The notes under the pieces: model-generated
Databases searched by the model: none
Told to the model about the DNA's origin: nothing
What the model saw: the letters and a program-made list of their open reading frames with translations, nothing else
Shown: positions 1 to 12,700 of the stretch, piece after piece
Layout of the letters: each line of letters opens with the position of its first letter
How positions within the stretch are numbered: the stretch's first letter is position 1
Position numbers and translations under genes: made by a program
Assembly: GCF_902713615.1 (NCBI RefSeq)
Contig: NC_052166.1
Location: 47,531,870-47,595,869, forward strand
Length of the DNA stretch: 64,000 nucleotides
Source of the DNA: Scyliorhinus canicula
Taxonomy: Eukaryota
Direction of reading: 5' to 3'

Positions 1-624
1 ACGGTGGGGTTACAGAGGAGTGGGCCTAAGTAGGAAGCTCTTTGAGAGGGTCGGTGTAGACACAGTGGGCCAAATGGCCTCCTTCTGCACTGTAGGAATT
101 CTATGATTTCTATGAATAATATGATTCAATGAGAGTTTCTTCTTAAGTGTATACAATAAATATTTGAAATGTACAATCAATCTCTCAAAGTCTAAAGTTA
201 GAAGACATTGCGATTGCTGCTTACCTCTGACTGATGTGAGGAAAAGTATTTCACAGATAGGCTGTTGAAATGTGAGGCCAATCTCTTCCACATGGTTAAT
301 TGATACAGCTGTTTTTTTTCTTTTTGTTAAATAATATCACCATTGCCGTCGATCAGATCCTGTCGATTCCTGGCCAGTTGTGTGGTATTTGTATTTCCAC
401 TGTGAACTATGAGAAGAAATTCTTTAGCGGAAAATGGGGTGACACAGGTTCTGAGTGGCTGAAGTTGTTTGTGGGCAAAGAGGTGTGACTGCAGACAACA
501 TTTACATTCAATAAATTCTCCCTCCCTCTGTTTTATATTTTCAAAAGAACACAAGGAAATGTCAAATTACTCATTAATCACCGGTTGGACCTAATTTGTC
601 AAATATATTACTTTCACTGCCGTT

Positions 625-1100
625 CATAAGAATGAGAGGCGATCTGACTGGAATGCATAAGATCCCTGAGGGGGCTCGATGCAGTGAATCGACCGGGAAG
701 GTATTTCCTCCTGTGGGAGACATTTGAACTCAGGGAAACAGTTCTAAGAACAATAGCTCTTCTCCCTTTGAAGGCAGAGATGAAGAGAATCTTTTTCTCT
801 GAGGGTTGTTAGTCTATGGAATTATTTTCGCCAGAGAGCAGTGGAGGCGGCATCATTGTGTATATTCAAGGTTGAGTTGTATAGATCTTTGACAAATAAG
901 AGAGTCAAAGGTTATGGCGGGAGGGGTCGGTTGGGGGATGGGGGGGGGGGGGGGGGGGGGTGGGGGAGTGGGGGATGTCCAGGGGCTGACAGAAATGTGG
1001 AGTTGAGACCATAACCACATCAGCCATGATCCTATTGAATGGTAGAGCAAGCTTGAAGGGCCGAATGGACTACTCCTGCTCCTTAGTCCTATGTTCCGAT
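625..1100 (+). mobile_element. Degenerate CR1 LINE 3' end
   Basis: RRMRGDL-type motif (AGAATGAGAGGCGATCTG) and CR1 tail GGGCCGAATGG...ACTCCTGCTCCT; contains a long poly-G run. Confidence 0.75.
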
Positions 1101-1589
1101 GCTGGGGGAATCCACTGGGAGTTGCATAAATTTAAAATTCTACTAGGTTTCTCAGGAGTGAAGTAAGCAAACAACGACACTGCTGAAATGTGAACCACTG
1201 AGTGTCATGAGCACAGGAGTGATGAGTGAACAGGACTTGGAGCAAGTATGAGTGATGAGTGAACAGAACTTGGAGTAAGTATGGTAATGGACGTTTACAG
1301 AGGATGCAAAGGTGACAGGCCACCCAGGAGAGGATTGGAAAAGTTTGAGTCTGGAGGTGACAAAGACAAGGTTAAAGGTAAGCAGCTGATTGAGGTGGAG
1401 ATTGACAACATTAGAGTTGGAAATCTATGGCCTGAATTTTATCTGTCGGGGCCAGGCACGGCACAACCCAGAAATGCATTAAAATCTTTCCAGAAGATGT
1501 TGGTAGCATTTCCCGAAGTCATCGCGCACACACACAATGTCGTGGTCGGCCAGTGCGTGTGTGAGTGAAGTATTTTGGGACCAATCAAC

Positions 1590-2235
1590 TTAATACACTA
1601 AAAGAAACAAAATCAAAGAATTAAAAGGAGCCGCTCCTTGTCGGGATACTACCCAGCAAAACAAAGAGGAACGGAAACTTGACAAACATCAAATCAAAGT
1701 GTGGTTAAGAGGGCCGATAAAGCACTCCAACCAACCCTTGCGGTGCCCACTGGGCACAGAAGGCCTTGATGGTGCACGTGGACACCGCATGCTCCCTCTC
1801 TAGGGTCACCCGACCACGAACATAGCTGCGGAAGAGGGGCAGACAGTCCGATTGGACGACCCCCTCAGTCACCCACCGCCTGGACGTGTTAATGGCAAGT
1901 TGTGCCATGATCAGGAGTAGGTTCACAAGGAGGTCCTTCACCATCCCCGCCCCTTTCGCACGGGGTGCTTATAGATCATGAGCGTGAGACTGAAGTGCAA
2001 ACAAAACTTCAACAAAAGATTGGTTAAGAACCTAAAAAGGGAGTGCTGCCCGCAACATTCAACAAAAAAATGATACACAGACTCCACAAAACCGCAAAAA
2101 TGGCAGAGTTCTTCAGAGTCTGTGAAGCAGGGCAATTGGTATTGTGTGCATCACCCTCCATCCAACGTCCCAAGATTGAGGTGGAGGACAGGTCTGTAGA
2201 GAGACCTCCAATGTGGAGTTCTGCCACAGGTCGAC
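1590..2235 (-). mobile_element. Tx1-group (L1 clade) LINE 3' fragment
   Basis: CHFCGFVESVYHFFVEC zinc knuckle followed by DLLVNLLL...LAIN...LPLFRSYVRGRVTLEREHA...WAP. Confidence 0.75.
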
Positions 2236-2925
2236 AACAAGGCATGCCAAGGCGTGTCCGGGTGGTGGGTAAGGACAAGGAGATAATGGGTGTGCAGCAG
2301 CAGCCTTACAGGAAACCCCGCCATGCAGTGCGGAAAGGCACCGAGGGCATTTTGGTGAGGCAGCTTGGATTGTAGGGCACTGGCTCCCGAGGGAGGGTTC
2401 GAGGCCTGGGCGTGCATGAATCGGATGCATGCCTGCCAACTATTAAAGGGCCAATTAAGGCCATTAAAAATCCAAATCGACAGTGATTTCACACTGCCTG
2501 TGAGACTTTTAGTTCATCAAACAGCCAAAACCAATGGTCGCTCATCACGTTTTCATTTCCTCATCCGAGAGCAGGATAAAAGCCCCCAGAGCAGTAGCAG
2601 TTACTTTTTGGTAGAGTTTGTAGCTGTGTGAGTAAAGAGTTTTCCTTGAGTTTCAGAGTTATTGTTTAACATTTGAAGCATTTCAGCATTTTAGAAATCC
2701 CCTGGAAGGTTTTTCTGAGGATTGGGGACAGCGATCCATCATTTGCCAGGTACTGGTTTATAGCATCTGCTCCAGTGGGGACAGTGTACTCTGCTGGTGG
2801 GACCTCCTCTAAAGAGGAAGAGATGGGCAGGAGGGAGAGGAGGAAAGGTGATTGCAGGCAGCGGCGTGTAAGAGGAGAGGCACGGGCTCAGTTGGTGCAG
2901 GGCCAGCAGGGAGTCCAAGGTGGGA

Positions 2926-3868
2926 ACATAACATAAGAACATAAGAACAGGAGCAGGAATAGGCCATCTGGCCCCTCGAGCCTGCTCCATCATTCAGTGA
3001 GATCATGGCTGATCTTTTGTGGACTCAGCTCCACTTTCCGGCCCGAACACCATAACCCTTAATCCCTTTATTCTTCAAAAAACTATCTATCTTTACCTTA
3101 AAAACATTTAATGAAGGAGCCTCAACTGCTTCCACTGGGCAAGGAATTCCATAGATTCACAACCCTTTGGGTGAAGAAGTTCCTCCTAAGCTCAGTCCTA
3201 AATCTACTTCCCCTTATTTTGAGGCTATGCCCCCTAGTTCTGCTTTCACCCGCCAGTGGAAACAACTTGTCCGCATCTATCCTATCTATTCCCGTCATCA
3301 TTTTATATGTTTCTATAAGATCCCCCCCGCATCCTCCTAAATTCCAATGAGTACAGTCCCAGTCTACTCAACCTTTCCTCATAATCCAACCCCTTCAGCT
3401 CTGGGATTAACCTAATGAATCTCCTTTGCACACCCTCCAGCGCCAGTACGTCCTTTCTCAGGTAAGGAGATCAAACCTGAACACAATACTCCAGGTGTGG
3501 CCTCACTAACACCTTATACAATTGCAGCATAACGTCCCTAGTCTTAAACTCCATCCCTCTAGCAATGAAGGGCAAAACTCCATTTGCCTTCTTAACCATC
3601 TGTTGCACCTGTAAACCAACTTTTTGCAACTCATGCACTAGCACACCCAGGTCTCTCTGCACAGCAGCATGTTTTAAGATTTTATCATTTAAATAATAAT
3701 CCCTTTTGCTGTTATTCCTACCAAAATGAATAACCTCACATTTGTCAACATTGTATTCCATCTGCCAGAACATAGCCCATTCACTTAACCTATCCAAATC
3801 CCTCCGCAGACTTCCAGTATCCTCTGCACTTTTTGCTTTACCACTCATTTTAGTGTCATCTGCAAACT
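2926..3868 (-). mobile_element. CR1 LINE 3' fragment
   Basis: ORF 3471-3848 (WQMEYNVDKCEVIHFG...LYKVLVRPHLEYCVQ) and a (TTCTTATG)n tail. Confidence 0.9.
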
Positions 3869-4040
3869 ATAATAATCGCTTATTGTCACAAGTAGGCTTC
3901 AATGAAGTTACTGTGAAAAGCCCCTCGTCGCCACATTCCGGTGCCTGTTCGGGGAGACCGGTACGGGTATTGAACCCACACTGCTGCCTTGTTCTGCATT
4001 ACAAGCCAGCTATTTAGCCCAGTGTGCTAAATCAGCCCCC
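3868..4040 (-). mobile_element. Short tRNA SINE with a Rex1-like tail
   Basis: tRNA head plus GGGCTTTTCACAGTAACTTCATTGAAGCCTACTTGTGACAATAA; sister copies at 35205-35366, 40308-40482, 47662-47825. Confidence 0.85.
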
Positions 4041-4242
4041 TAAAGAAGAGACGCCAAAGACCCCACTATCCAGTGGCTGGAGCGTACAGCTCAGCAACTA
4101 CCTGCAAATGTCTGAGGTCTAGTGCTTCGGGAGGCTACACAGGGACATCCCATGCCAGTGGCTTTGAAGGACATAGTTGCCCTCAGCTTCTACACTTCCA
4201 GTTCATTTCAGTACTCAGTGGGGTATTTGTGCAGCATCCTCT

Positions 4243-4582
4243 CATAGAATTTACAGTGCAGAAGGAGGCCATTCGGCCCGTTGAGTCTGAACCGGCTCTT
4301 TGAAAGAGCACCCTACCCAAGCCCACACCTCCACCCTATCCCCATAACCCAGTAACCCGACACTAAGGGCAATTTTGGACACTAAGGGTAATTTAACATG
4401 ACTAATCCATCTAACTTGCACATCTTTGGACTGTGGGAGGAAACCGGAGCACCCGGAGGAAACCCACGCAGACACGGGGAGAACGTGCAAACTCCACACA
4501 GACAGTGAACCAAGCTGGGAATCGAACCTAGGACCCTGGAGCTGTGAAGCAATTGTGCTAACCACCATGCTACCATGCTACC
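4243..4582 (-). mobile_element. tRNA-derived HE1-type SINE
   Basis: A-box/B-box head (GGTAGCATGGTGGTTAGCAC...GGTTCGATTCC), central GGGTTTCCTCCGGGTGCTCCGGTTTCCTCCCACAGTCCAAAGA, CR1-like tail. Confidence 0.9.
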
Positions 4583-5265
4583 AGCTCTCAATCAGCTGCA
4601 CGGAGTTCTGTCACTGTCATAACTTCACCAATGTCAGTCTTCCAGCACAAAACCCTTTTGTTAAGGTAACAGAAAAGGCCAGTGCAGTGGCTAACAGCAC
4701 TCTAGTCCAAGCCCAGGGACCTATGGGACACCAGCCTGGGTTGGATCAGCGGGATTTAAGCTCCCGCTTTACATTTCCCATTGGGCGAGCCACCACCCGC
4801 TCAATAGGGGAATTTGTATTCTATTAACACACTCCCCTGTCCTTCGTGGCCACCGTAACATCCCCCCCCCCACCGTCCCCCCAAAGTCTGTTTCTCCCTC
4901 AGTGCTCCTGCAGTGAGGAAATCTCTTCCGCCGCTTAACAATTGGTGAGATCTGTCAAGGGTGGAACAGGATCTGGAGATGTGAACCAAATTGGAGACCT
5001 TTGCTTCTCGAGAGAGCGTCGAAGAGTAACTGGCGCAGAGTCCCCTTGGCGTCTGCTTCAGGCAGCAAACCAGCTTCCCCTGCCTCCATCTCGGAATCAG
5101 TGCCTTCGCTATCAAGGGAGATGGAGGCAGGATTTGTTTTGGGCTGTTGCCCCGTATTAGTGACGGCCAGCTACCTGGTCGGTAATGAGACTTTCTTGGG
5201 GACAGGCTCCCTATTTCTGAGATGTTCTGGGTGTTTCCTCGCGACCCTATCCTGCACCTTCACTT

Positions 5266-5613
5266 TAGAATAGAATAGAACAGTACAGCACAGAACAGGC
5301 CCTTCGGCCCTCAATGTTGTGCCGAGCCATGACCACCCTATTCAAACCCACGTATCCACCCTATACCCGTAACCCAACAACCCCCCCCTTAACCTTACTT
5401 TTATTAGGACACTACGGGCAATTTAGCATGGCCAATCCACCTAACCCGCACATCTTTGGACTGTGGGAGGAAACCGGAGCACCCGGAGGAAACCCACGCA
5501 CACAGGGGGAGGACGTGCAGACTCCACACAGACAGTGACCCAGCCGGGAATCGAACCTGGGACCCTGGAGCTGTGAAGCATTTATGCTAACCACCATGCT
5601 ATCCTGCTGCCCC
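5266..5613 (-). mobile_element. HE1-type SINE
   Basis: Same head and core; very similar to the copy at 35935-36283. Confidence 0.9.
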
Positions 5614-5661
5614 TTTGTAGGACACTGTAGGACCTGCTGCCACTTTGTAGGACACCAGTCA

Positions 5662-5967
5662 TCATAGAATCCCTACAGTGCAGAAGGAGGCCATTCAGCC
5701 CATTGAGTATGCACCAACCCTCCAAAAATGCACCCTACCAAAGTCCACTCCCCTGCCCTATCTCCATAACCCCACCTAATCGTTGGACACTATGGGCCAA
5801 CCCACCTAACCTGCACATCTTTGGACTGTGAGACGAAAACGAAGCATCCGGAGGAAACCCACGCAGTCACGCGGAGAAAGTGCAAACTGCAGGCCAAGGT
5901 CAGTACTGAACCCGGGTCCCTGGTGCGGTGAGGCAGCAGTGCTAACCATTGTGCCACCATGTCACCC
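5662..5967 (-). mobile_element. HE1-type SINE, diverged
   Basis: Same head, core and tail motifs. Confidence 0.8.
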
Positions 5968-6770
5968 TATTTTTGACATTATGATTCCAGGGACCCAGCT
6001 GGAACAATCTCCGAAGTTCCTCAGATAAACCAGAACACCTGTCTTGAATGTTCCTTCAGTTCTCACAGAGTTGTAATTTCTTTTCTGGTTCCCTTGTTGG
6101 GACTCCGCCCTCCCCGTCAGGTTTGGGAACAGTCGGTTTAGTCTCGGACAAACCGCTGTCCCATTAACAGTTCTGTTGGGGGAGTTCCTGTTGTTGTTGG
6201 TCCTATAGCCGAATAGAAATTGTGCCGATTTGGTCTCTGTGGATGCCGCAGGTTGTTTCTTTACGCCAGTTTTAAACGTCTGCACTGCCCGTTCCACCAG
6301 CCCGTTTGTCGATGGGAGATTAGGTGCCGTTCTGATGTGTCTGCTGCCATTGGATAGCACGTACCTTTGGAACTCGCCGCTGGTGAAGGCAGTACCGCTG
6401 TCGGAAACAAGGACTTCTGGTATTCCCTGCGTGCAGACACTGTCCGAATTTCTCCACTGTAATGTGGGAGGTCGTGGAGACCGTGTGGTTTATCTCCAAC
6501 CATTTGGAGTGTGCGTCTAGCAGGATCAAACACATTTAACCCATACAAATCCCAACAAAGTCCGCCTGCACTCGCACCCATGGCCAGCCTGGCCACTCCC
6601 ACGAATGTAGGGAGGCCGAAGCAGATGGCTTTTGATTCTCCTGGCATGAATCACACTGCTTCACCGAGTCCATTGTGTCCTGAGTTGAGACTGGGCCGCC
6701 AGACATAGCTCCATTTTAGGTAGCTCCATTAGTATCGGGCACTATCTTCAGCGAGGGATAACTACTCCGT
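5968..6770 (-). mobile_element. Gypsy/Ty3 LTR retrotransposon integrase relic
   Basis: Frameshifted pieces: LILLDAHSKWLE, GIPEVLVSDSGTAFTSGEF, HIRTAPNLPSTNGLVERAVQTFK (DDE integrase core). Confidence 0.85.
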
Positions 6771-9700
6771 CTTCAGTCACCCAGACAGAGAGCAGTCTTC
6801 AGTCACACAGCTCCCACACAGAGCAGTCTTCAGTCACACAGCTCCCAGAGAGCAGTCTTCAGTCACACAGCTCCCTCAGAGAGCAGTCTTCAGTCACACA
6901 GCTCACTCAGAGAGCAGTCTTCAGTCGCACAGCTCCCACACAGAGCAGTCTTCAGTCGCACAGCTCCCACTCAGAGAGCAGTCTTCAGTCACACAGCTCC
7001 CACACAGGGCAGTCTTCAGTCACACAGCTCCCACACAGAGCAGTCTTCAGTCACACAGCTCCCTCAGAGAGCAGTCTTCAGTCACACAGCTCCCACTCAG
7101 AGAGCAGTCTTCAGTCACACAGCTCCCACACAGAGCAGTCTTCAGTCACACAGCTCCCACTCAGAGAGCAGTCTTCAGTCACACAGTTCCCACAGAGAGC
7201 AGTCTTCAGTCACACAGTTCCCACAGAGAGCAGTCTTCAGTCACACAGCTCCCACTCAGAGAGCAGTCTTTAGTCACACAGCTCCCACACAGAGCAGTCT
7301 TCAGTCACACAGCTCCCACACAGAGCAGTCTTCAGTCACACAGCTCCCACAGAGAGCAGTCTTCAGTCACACAGCTCCCACAGAGAGCAGTCTTCAGTCG
7401 CACAGCTCCCAGAGAGCAGTCTTCAGTCACACAGCTCCCACAGAGAGCAGTCTTCAGTCACACAGCTCCCACACAGAGCAGTCTTCAGTCACCCAGACAG
7501 AGAGCAGTCTTCAGTCACACAGCTCACTCAGAGAGCAGTCTTCAGTCGCACAGCTCCCACACAGAGCAGTCTTCAGTCACACAGCTCCCACAGAGAGCAG
7601 TCTTCAGTCGCACAGCTCCCAGAGAGCAGTCTTCAGTCACACAGCTCCCTCAGAGAGCAGTCTTCAGTCACCCAGACAGAGAGCAGTCTTCAGTCACACA
7701 GCTCCCACTCAGAGAGCAGTCTTCAGTCACACAGCTCCCACACAGAGCAGTCTTCAGTCACACAGCTCCCACACAGAGCAGTCTTCAGTCACACAGCTCC
7801 CACAGAGAGCAGTCTTCAGTCACACAGCTCCCACAGAGAGCAGTCTTCAGTCGCACAGCTCCCAGAGAGCAGTCTTCAGTCACACAGCTCCCACAGAGAG
7901 CAGTCTTCAGTCACACAGCTCCCACACAGAGCAGTCTTCAGTCACCCAGACAGAGAGCAGTCTTCAGTCACACAGCTCACTCAGAGAGCAGTCTTCAGTC
8001 GCACAGCTCCCACACGGAGCAGTCTTCAGTCACACAGCTCCCACAGAGAGCAGTCTTCAGTCGCACAGCTCCCAGAGAGCAGTCTTCAGTCACACAGCTC
8101 CCTCAGAGAGCAGTCTTCAGTCACCCAGACAGAGAGCAGTCTTCAGTCACACAGCTCCCACAGAGAGCAGTCTTCAGTCACACAGCTCCCACAGAGAGCA
8201 GTCTTCAGTCACACAGCTCACTCAGAGACCAGTCTTCAGTCACACAGCTCCCGCACAGAGCAGTCTTCAGTCACACAGCTCCCTGAGAGCAGTCTTCAGT
8301 CACACAGCTCCCACACAGAGCAGTCTTCAGTCACATAGCTCCCGCACAGAGCAGTCTTCAGTCACACAGCTCCCAGAGAGCAGTCTTCAGTCACACAGCT
8401 CTCACACAGAGCAGTCTTCAGTCACACAGCTCCCTCCCAGAGCAGTCTTCAGTCACATAGCTCCCACACAGAGCAATCTTCAGTCACACAGCTCCCTCAC
8501 AGAGCAGTCTTCAGTCACACAGCTCCCAGAGAGCAGTCTTCAGTCACACAGCTCTCACACAGAGCAGTCTTCAGTCACACAGCTCCCTCCCAGAGCAGTC
8601 TTCAGTCACATAGCTCCCACACAGAGCAACCTTCAGTCACACAGCTCCCTCACAGAGCAGTCTTCAGTCACACAGCTCCCAGAGAGCAGTCTTCAGTCAC
8701 ACAGCTCCCGCACAGAGCAGTCTTCAGTCACACAGCTCCCACAGAGAGCAGTCTTCAGTCACACAGCTCCCTCACAGAGCAGTCTTCAGTCACACAGCTC
8801 CCAGAGAGCAGTCTTCAGTCACACAGCTCCCACACAGAGCAGTCTTCAGTCGCACAGCTCCCAGAGAGCAGTCTTCAGTCACACAGCTCCCTCACAGAGC
8901 AGTCTTCAGTCACACCGCTCCCACACAGAGCAGTCTTCAGTCACACCGCTCCCAGAGAGCAATCTTCAGTCACACAGCTCCCTGAGAGCAGTCTTCAGTC
9001 ACACCGCTCCCACACAGAGCAGTCTTCAGTCACACAGCTCACTCAGAGAGCAGTCTTCAGTCACACAGCTCACTCAGAGCAGTCTTCAGTCACACAGCTC
9101 CCACACAGAGCAGTCTTCAGTCACACAGCTCCCTCAGAGCAGTCTTCAGTCACACAGCTCCCACACAGAGCAGTCTTCAGTCACACAGCTCCCAGAGAGC
9201 AGTCTTCAGTCACACAGCTCCCACACAGAGCAGTCTTCAGTCACACCGCTCCCACACAGAGCAGTCTTCAGTCACACAGCTCCCACACAGAGCAGTCTTC
9301 AGTCACACAGCTCCCAGAGAGCAGTCTTCAGTCACACAGCTCCCACACAGAGCAGTCTTCAGTCACACCGCTCCCACACAGAGCAGTCTTCAGCCACACA
9401 GCTCCCACACAGAGCAGTCTTCAGTCACACAGCTCCCTCAGAGAGCAGTCTTCAGTCGCACAGCTCCCACACAGAGCAGTCTTCAGTCACACCGCTCCCA
9501 CACAGAGCAGTCTTCAGTCACACAGCTCCCACACAGAGCAGTCTTCAGTCACACAGCTCCCACACAGAGCAGTCTTCAGTCACACAGCTCCCAGAGAGCA
9601 GTCTTCAGTCACACAGCTCCCAGAGAGCAGTCTTCAGTCACACAGCTCCCTCAGAGAGCAGTCTTCAGTCACACAGCTCCCACTCAGAGAGCAGTCTTCA

Positions 9701-12700
9701 GTCACACAGCTCCCACACAGAGCAGTCTTCAGTCACACAGCTCCCACTCAGAGAGCAGTCTTCAGTCACACAGTTCCCACAGAGAGCAGTCTTCAGTCAC
9801 ACAGTTCCCACAGAGAGCAGTCTTCAGTCACACAGCTCCCACTCAGAGAGCAGTCTTTAGTCACACAGCTCCCACACAGAGCAGTCTTCAGTCACACAGC
9901 TCCCACACAGAGCAGTCTTCAGTCACACAGCTCCCACAGAGAGCAGTCTTCAGTCACACAGCTCCCACAGAGAGCAGTCTTCAGTCGCACAGCTCCCAGA
10001 GAGCAGTCTTCAGTCACACAGCTCCCACAGAGAGCAGTCTTCAGTCACACAGCTCCCACACAGAGCAGTCTTCAGTCACCCAGACAGAGAGCAGTCTTCA
10101 GTCACACAGCTCACTCAGAGAGCAGTCTTCAGTCGCACAGCTCCCACACAGAGCAGTCTTCAGTCACACAGCTCCCACAGAGAGCAGTCTTCAGTCGCAC
10201 AGCTCCCAGAGAGCAGTCTTCAGTCACACAGCTCCCTCAGAGAGCAGTCTTCAGTCACCCAGACAGAGAGCAGTCTTCAGTCACACAGCTCCCACTCAGA
10301 GAGCAGTCTTCAGTCACACAGCTCCCACACAGAGCAGTCTTCAGTCACACAGCTCCCACACAGAGCAGTCTTCAGTCACACAGCTCCCACAGAGAGCAGT
10401 CTTCAGTCACACAGCTCCCACAGAGAGCAGTCTTCAGTCGCACAGCTCCCAGAGAGCAGTCTTCAGTCACACAGCTCCCACAGAGAGCAGTCTTCAGTCA
10501 CACAGCTCCCACACAGAGCAGTCTTCAGTCACCCAGACAGAGAGCAGTCTTCAGTCACACAGCTCACTCAGAGAGCAGTCTTCAGTCGCACAGCTCCCAC
10601 ACAGAGCAGTCTTCAGTCACACAGCTCCCACAGAGAGCAGTCTTCAGTCGCACAGCTCCCAGAGAGCAGTCTTCAGTCACACAGCTCCCTCAGAGAGCAG
10701 TCTTCAGTCACCCAGACAGAGAGCAGTCTTCAGTCACACAGCTCCCACAGAGAGCAGTCTTCAGTCACACAGCTCCCACAGAGAGCAGTCTTCAGTCACA
10801 CAGCTCACTCAGAGACCAGTCTTCAGTCACACAGCTCCCGCACAGAGCAGTCTTCAGTCACACAGCTCCCTGAGAGCAGTCTTCAGTCACACAGCTCCCA
10901 CACAGAGCAGTCTTCAGTCACATAGCTCCCGCACAGAGCAGTCTTCAGTCACACAGCTCCCAGAGAGCAGTCTTCAGTCACACAGCTCTCACACAGAGCA
11001 GTCTTCAGTCACACAGCTCCCTCCCAGAGCAGTCTTCAGTCACATAGCTCCCACACAGAGCAATCTTCAGTCACACAGCTCCCTCACAGAGCAGTCTTCA
11101 GTCACACAGCTCCCAGAGAGCAGTCTTCAGTCACACAGCTCTCACACAGAGCAGTCTTCAGTCACACAGCTCCCTCCCAGAGCAGTCTTCAGTCACATAG
11201 CTCCCACACAGAGCAACCTTCAGTCACACAGCTCCCTCACAGAGCAGTCTTCAGTCACACAGCTCCCAGAGAGCAGTCTTCAGTCACACAGCTCCCGCAC
11301 AGAGCAGTCTTCAGTCACACAGCTCCCACAGAGAGCAGTCTTCAGTCACACAGCTCCCTCACAGAGCAGTCTTCAGTCACACAGCTCCCAGAGAGCAGTC
11401 TTCAGTCACACAGCTCCCACACAGAGCAGTCTTCAGTCGCACAGCTCCCAGAGAGCAGTCTTCAGTCACACAGCTCCCTCACAGAGCAGTCTTCAGTCAC
11501 ACCGCTCCCACACAGAGCAGTCTTCAGTCACACCGCTCCCAGAGAGCAATCTTCAGTCACACAGCTCCCTGAGAGCAGTCTTCAGTCACACCGCTCCCAC
11601 ACAGAGCAGTCTTCAGTCACACAGCTCACTCAGAGAGCAGTCTTCAGTCACACAGCTCACTCAGAGCAGTCTTCAGTCACACAGCTCCCACACAGAGCAG
11701 TCTTCAGTCACACAGCTCCCTCAGAGCAGTCTTCAGTCACACAGCTCCCACACAGAGCAGTCTTCAGTCACACAGCTCCCAGAGAGCAGTCTTCAGTCAC
11801 ACAGCTCCCACACAGAGCAGTCTTCAGTCACACCGCTCCCACACAGAGCAGTCTTCAGTCACACAGCTCCCACACAGAGCAGTCTTCAGTCACACAGCTC
11901 CCAGAGAGCAGTCTTCAGTCACACAGCTCCCACACAGAGCAGTCTTCAGTCACACCGCTCCCACACAGAGCAGTCTTCAGCCACACAGCTCCCACACAGA
12001 GCAGTCTTCAGTCACACAGCTCCCTCAGAGAGCAGTCTTCAGTCGCACAGCTCCCACACAGAGCAGTCTTCAGTCACACCGCTCCCACACAGAGCAGTCT
12101 TCAGTCACACAGCTCCCACACAGAGCAGTCTTCAGTCACACAGCTCCCACAAAGAGCAGTCTTCAGTCACACAGCTCCCAGAGAGCAGTCTTCAGTCACA
12201 CAGCTCCCAGAGAGCAGTCTTCAGTCACACAGCTCCCACACAGAGCAGTCTTCAGTCACACAGCTCCCACACAGAGCAGTCTTCAGTCACACAGCTCCCT
12301 CAGAGCAGTCTTCAGTCACACAGCTCCCAGAGAGCAGTCTTCAGTCACACAGCTCCCACACAGAGCAGTCTTCAGTCACACAGCTCCCACACAGAGCAGT
12401 CTTCAGTCACACAGCTCCCTCAGAGAGCAGTCTTCAGCCACACAGCTCCCACACAGAGCATTCTTCAGTCACACAGCTCCCACACAGAGCAGTCTTCAGT
12501 CACACAGCTCCCAGAGAGCAGTCTACAGTCACACAGCTCCCACACAGAGCAGTCTTCAGTCACACAGCTCCCAGAGAGCAGTCTTCAGTCACACAGCTCC
12601 CAGAGAGCAGTCTTCAGCCACACAGCTCCCACACAGAGCAGTCTTCAGTCACACAGCTCCCACACAGAGCAGTCTTCAGTCACACAGCTCCCACACAGAG

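Larger units (their letters stand above)
1428..5265 (+). mobile_element. Degenerate PIF/Harbinger transposon, fragmented by Tx1, CR1 and SINE insertions
   Basis: ~4050-4240 reads RRQRPHYP...NYLQMSE and GHPMPVALKDIVALSFYTSSSFQ, resembling the HARBI1-type transposase N-terminal motif. Outer limits are uncertain. Confidence 0.55.

Noticed and set aside
224-489. Protein-coding exon near the window start
   Set aside because: A GTAAGC donor is present, but all frames from the pyrimidine-preceded acceptor hit stops and the alternative acceptor is purine-rich; no recognisable protein.
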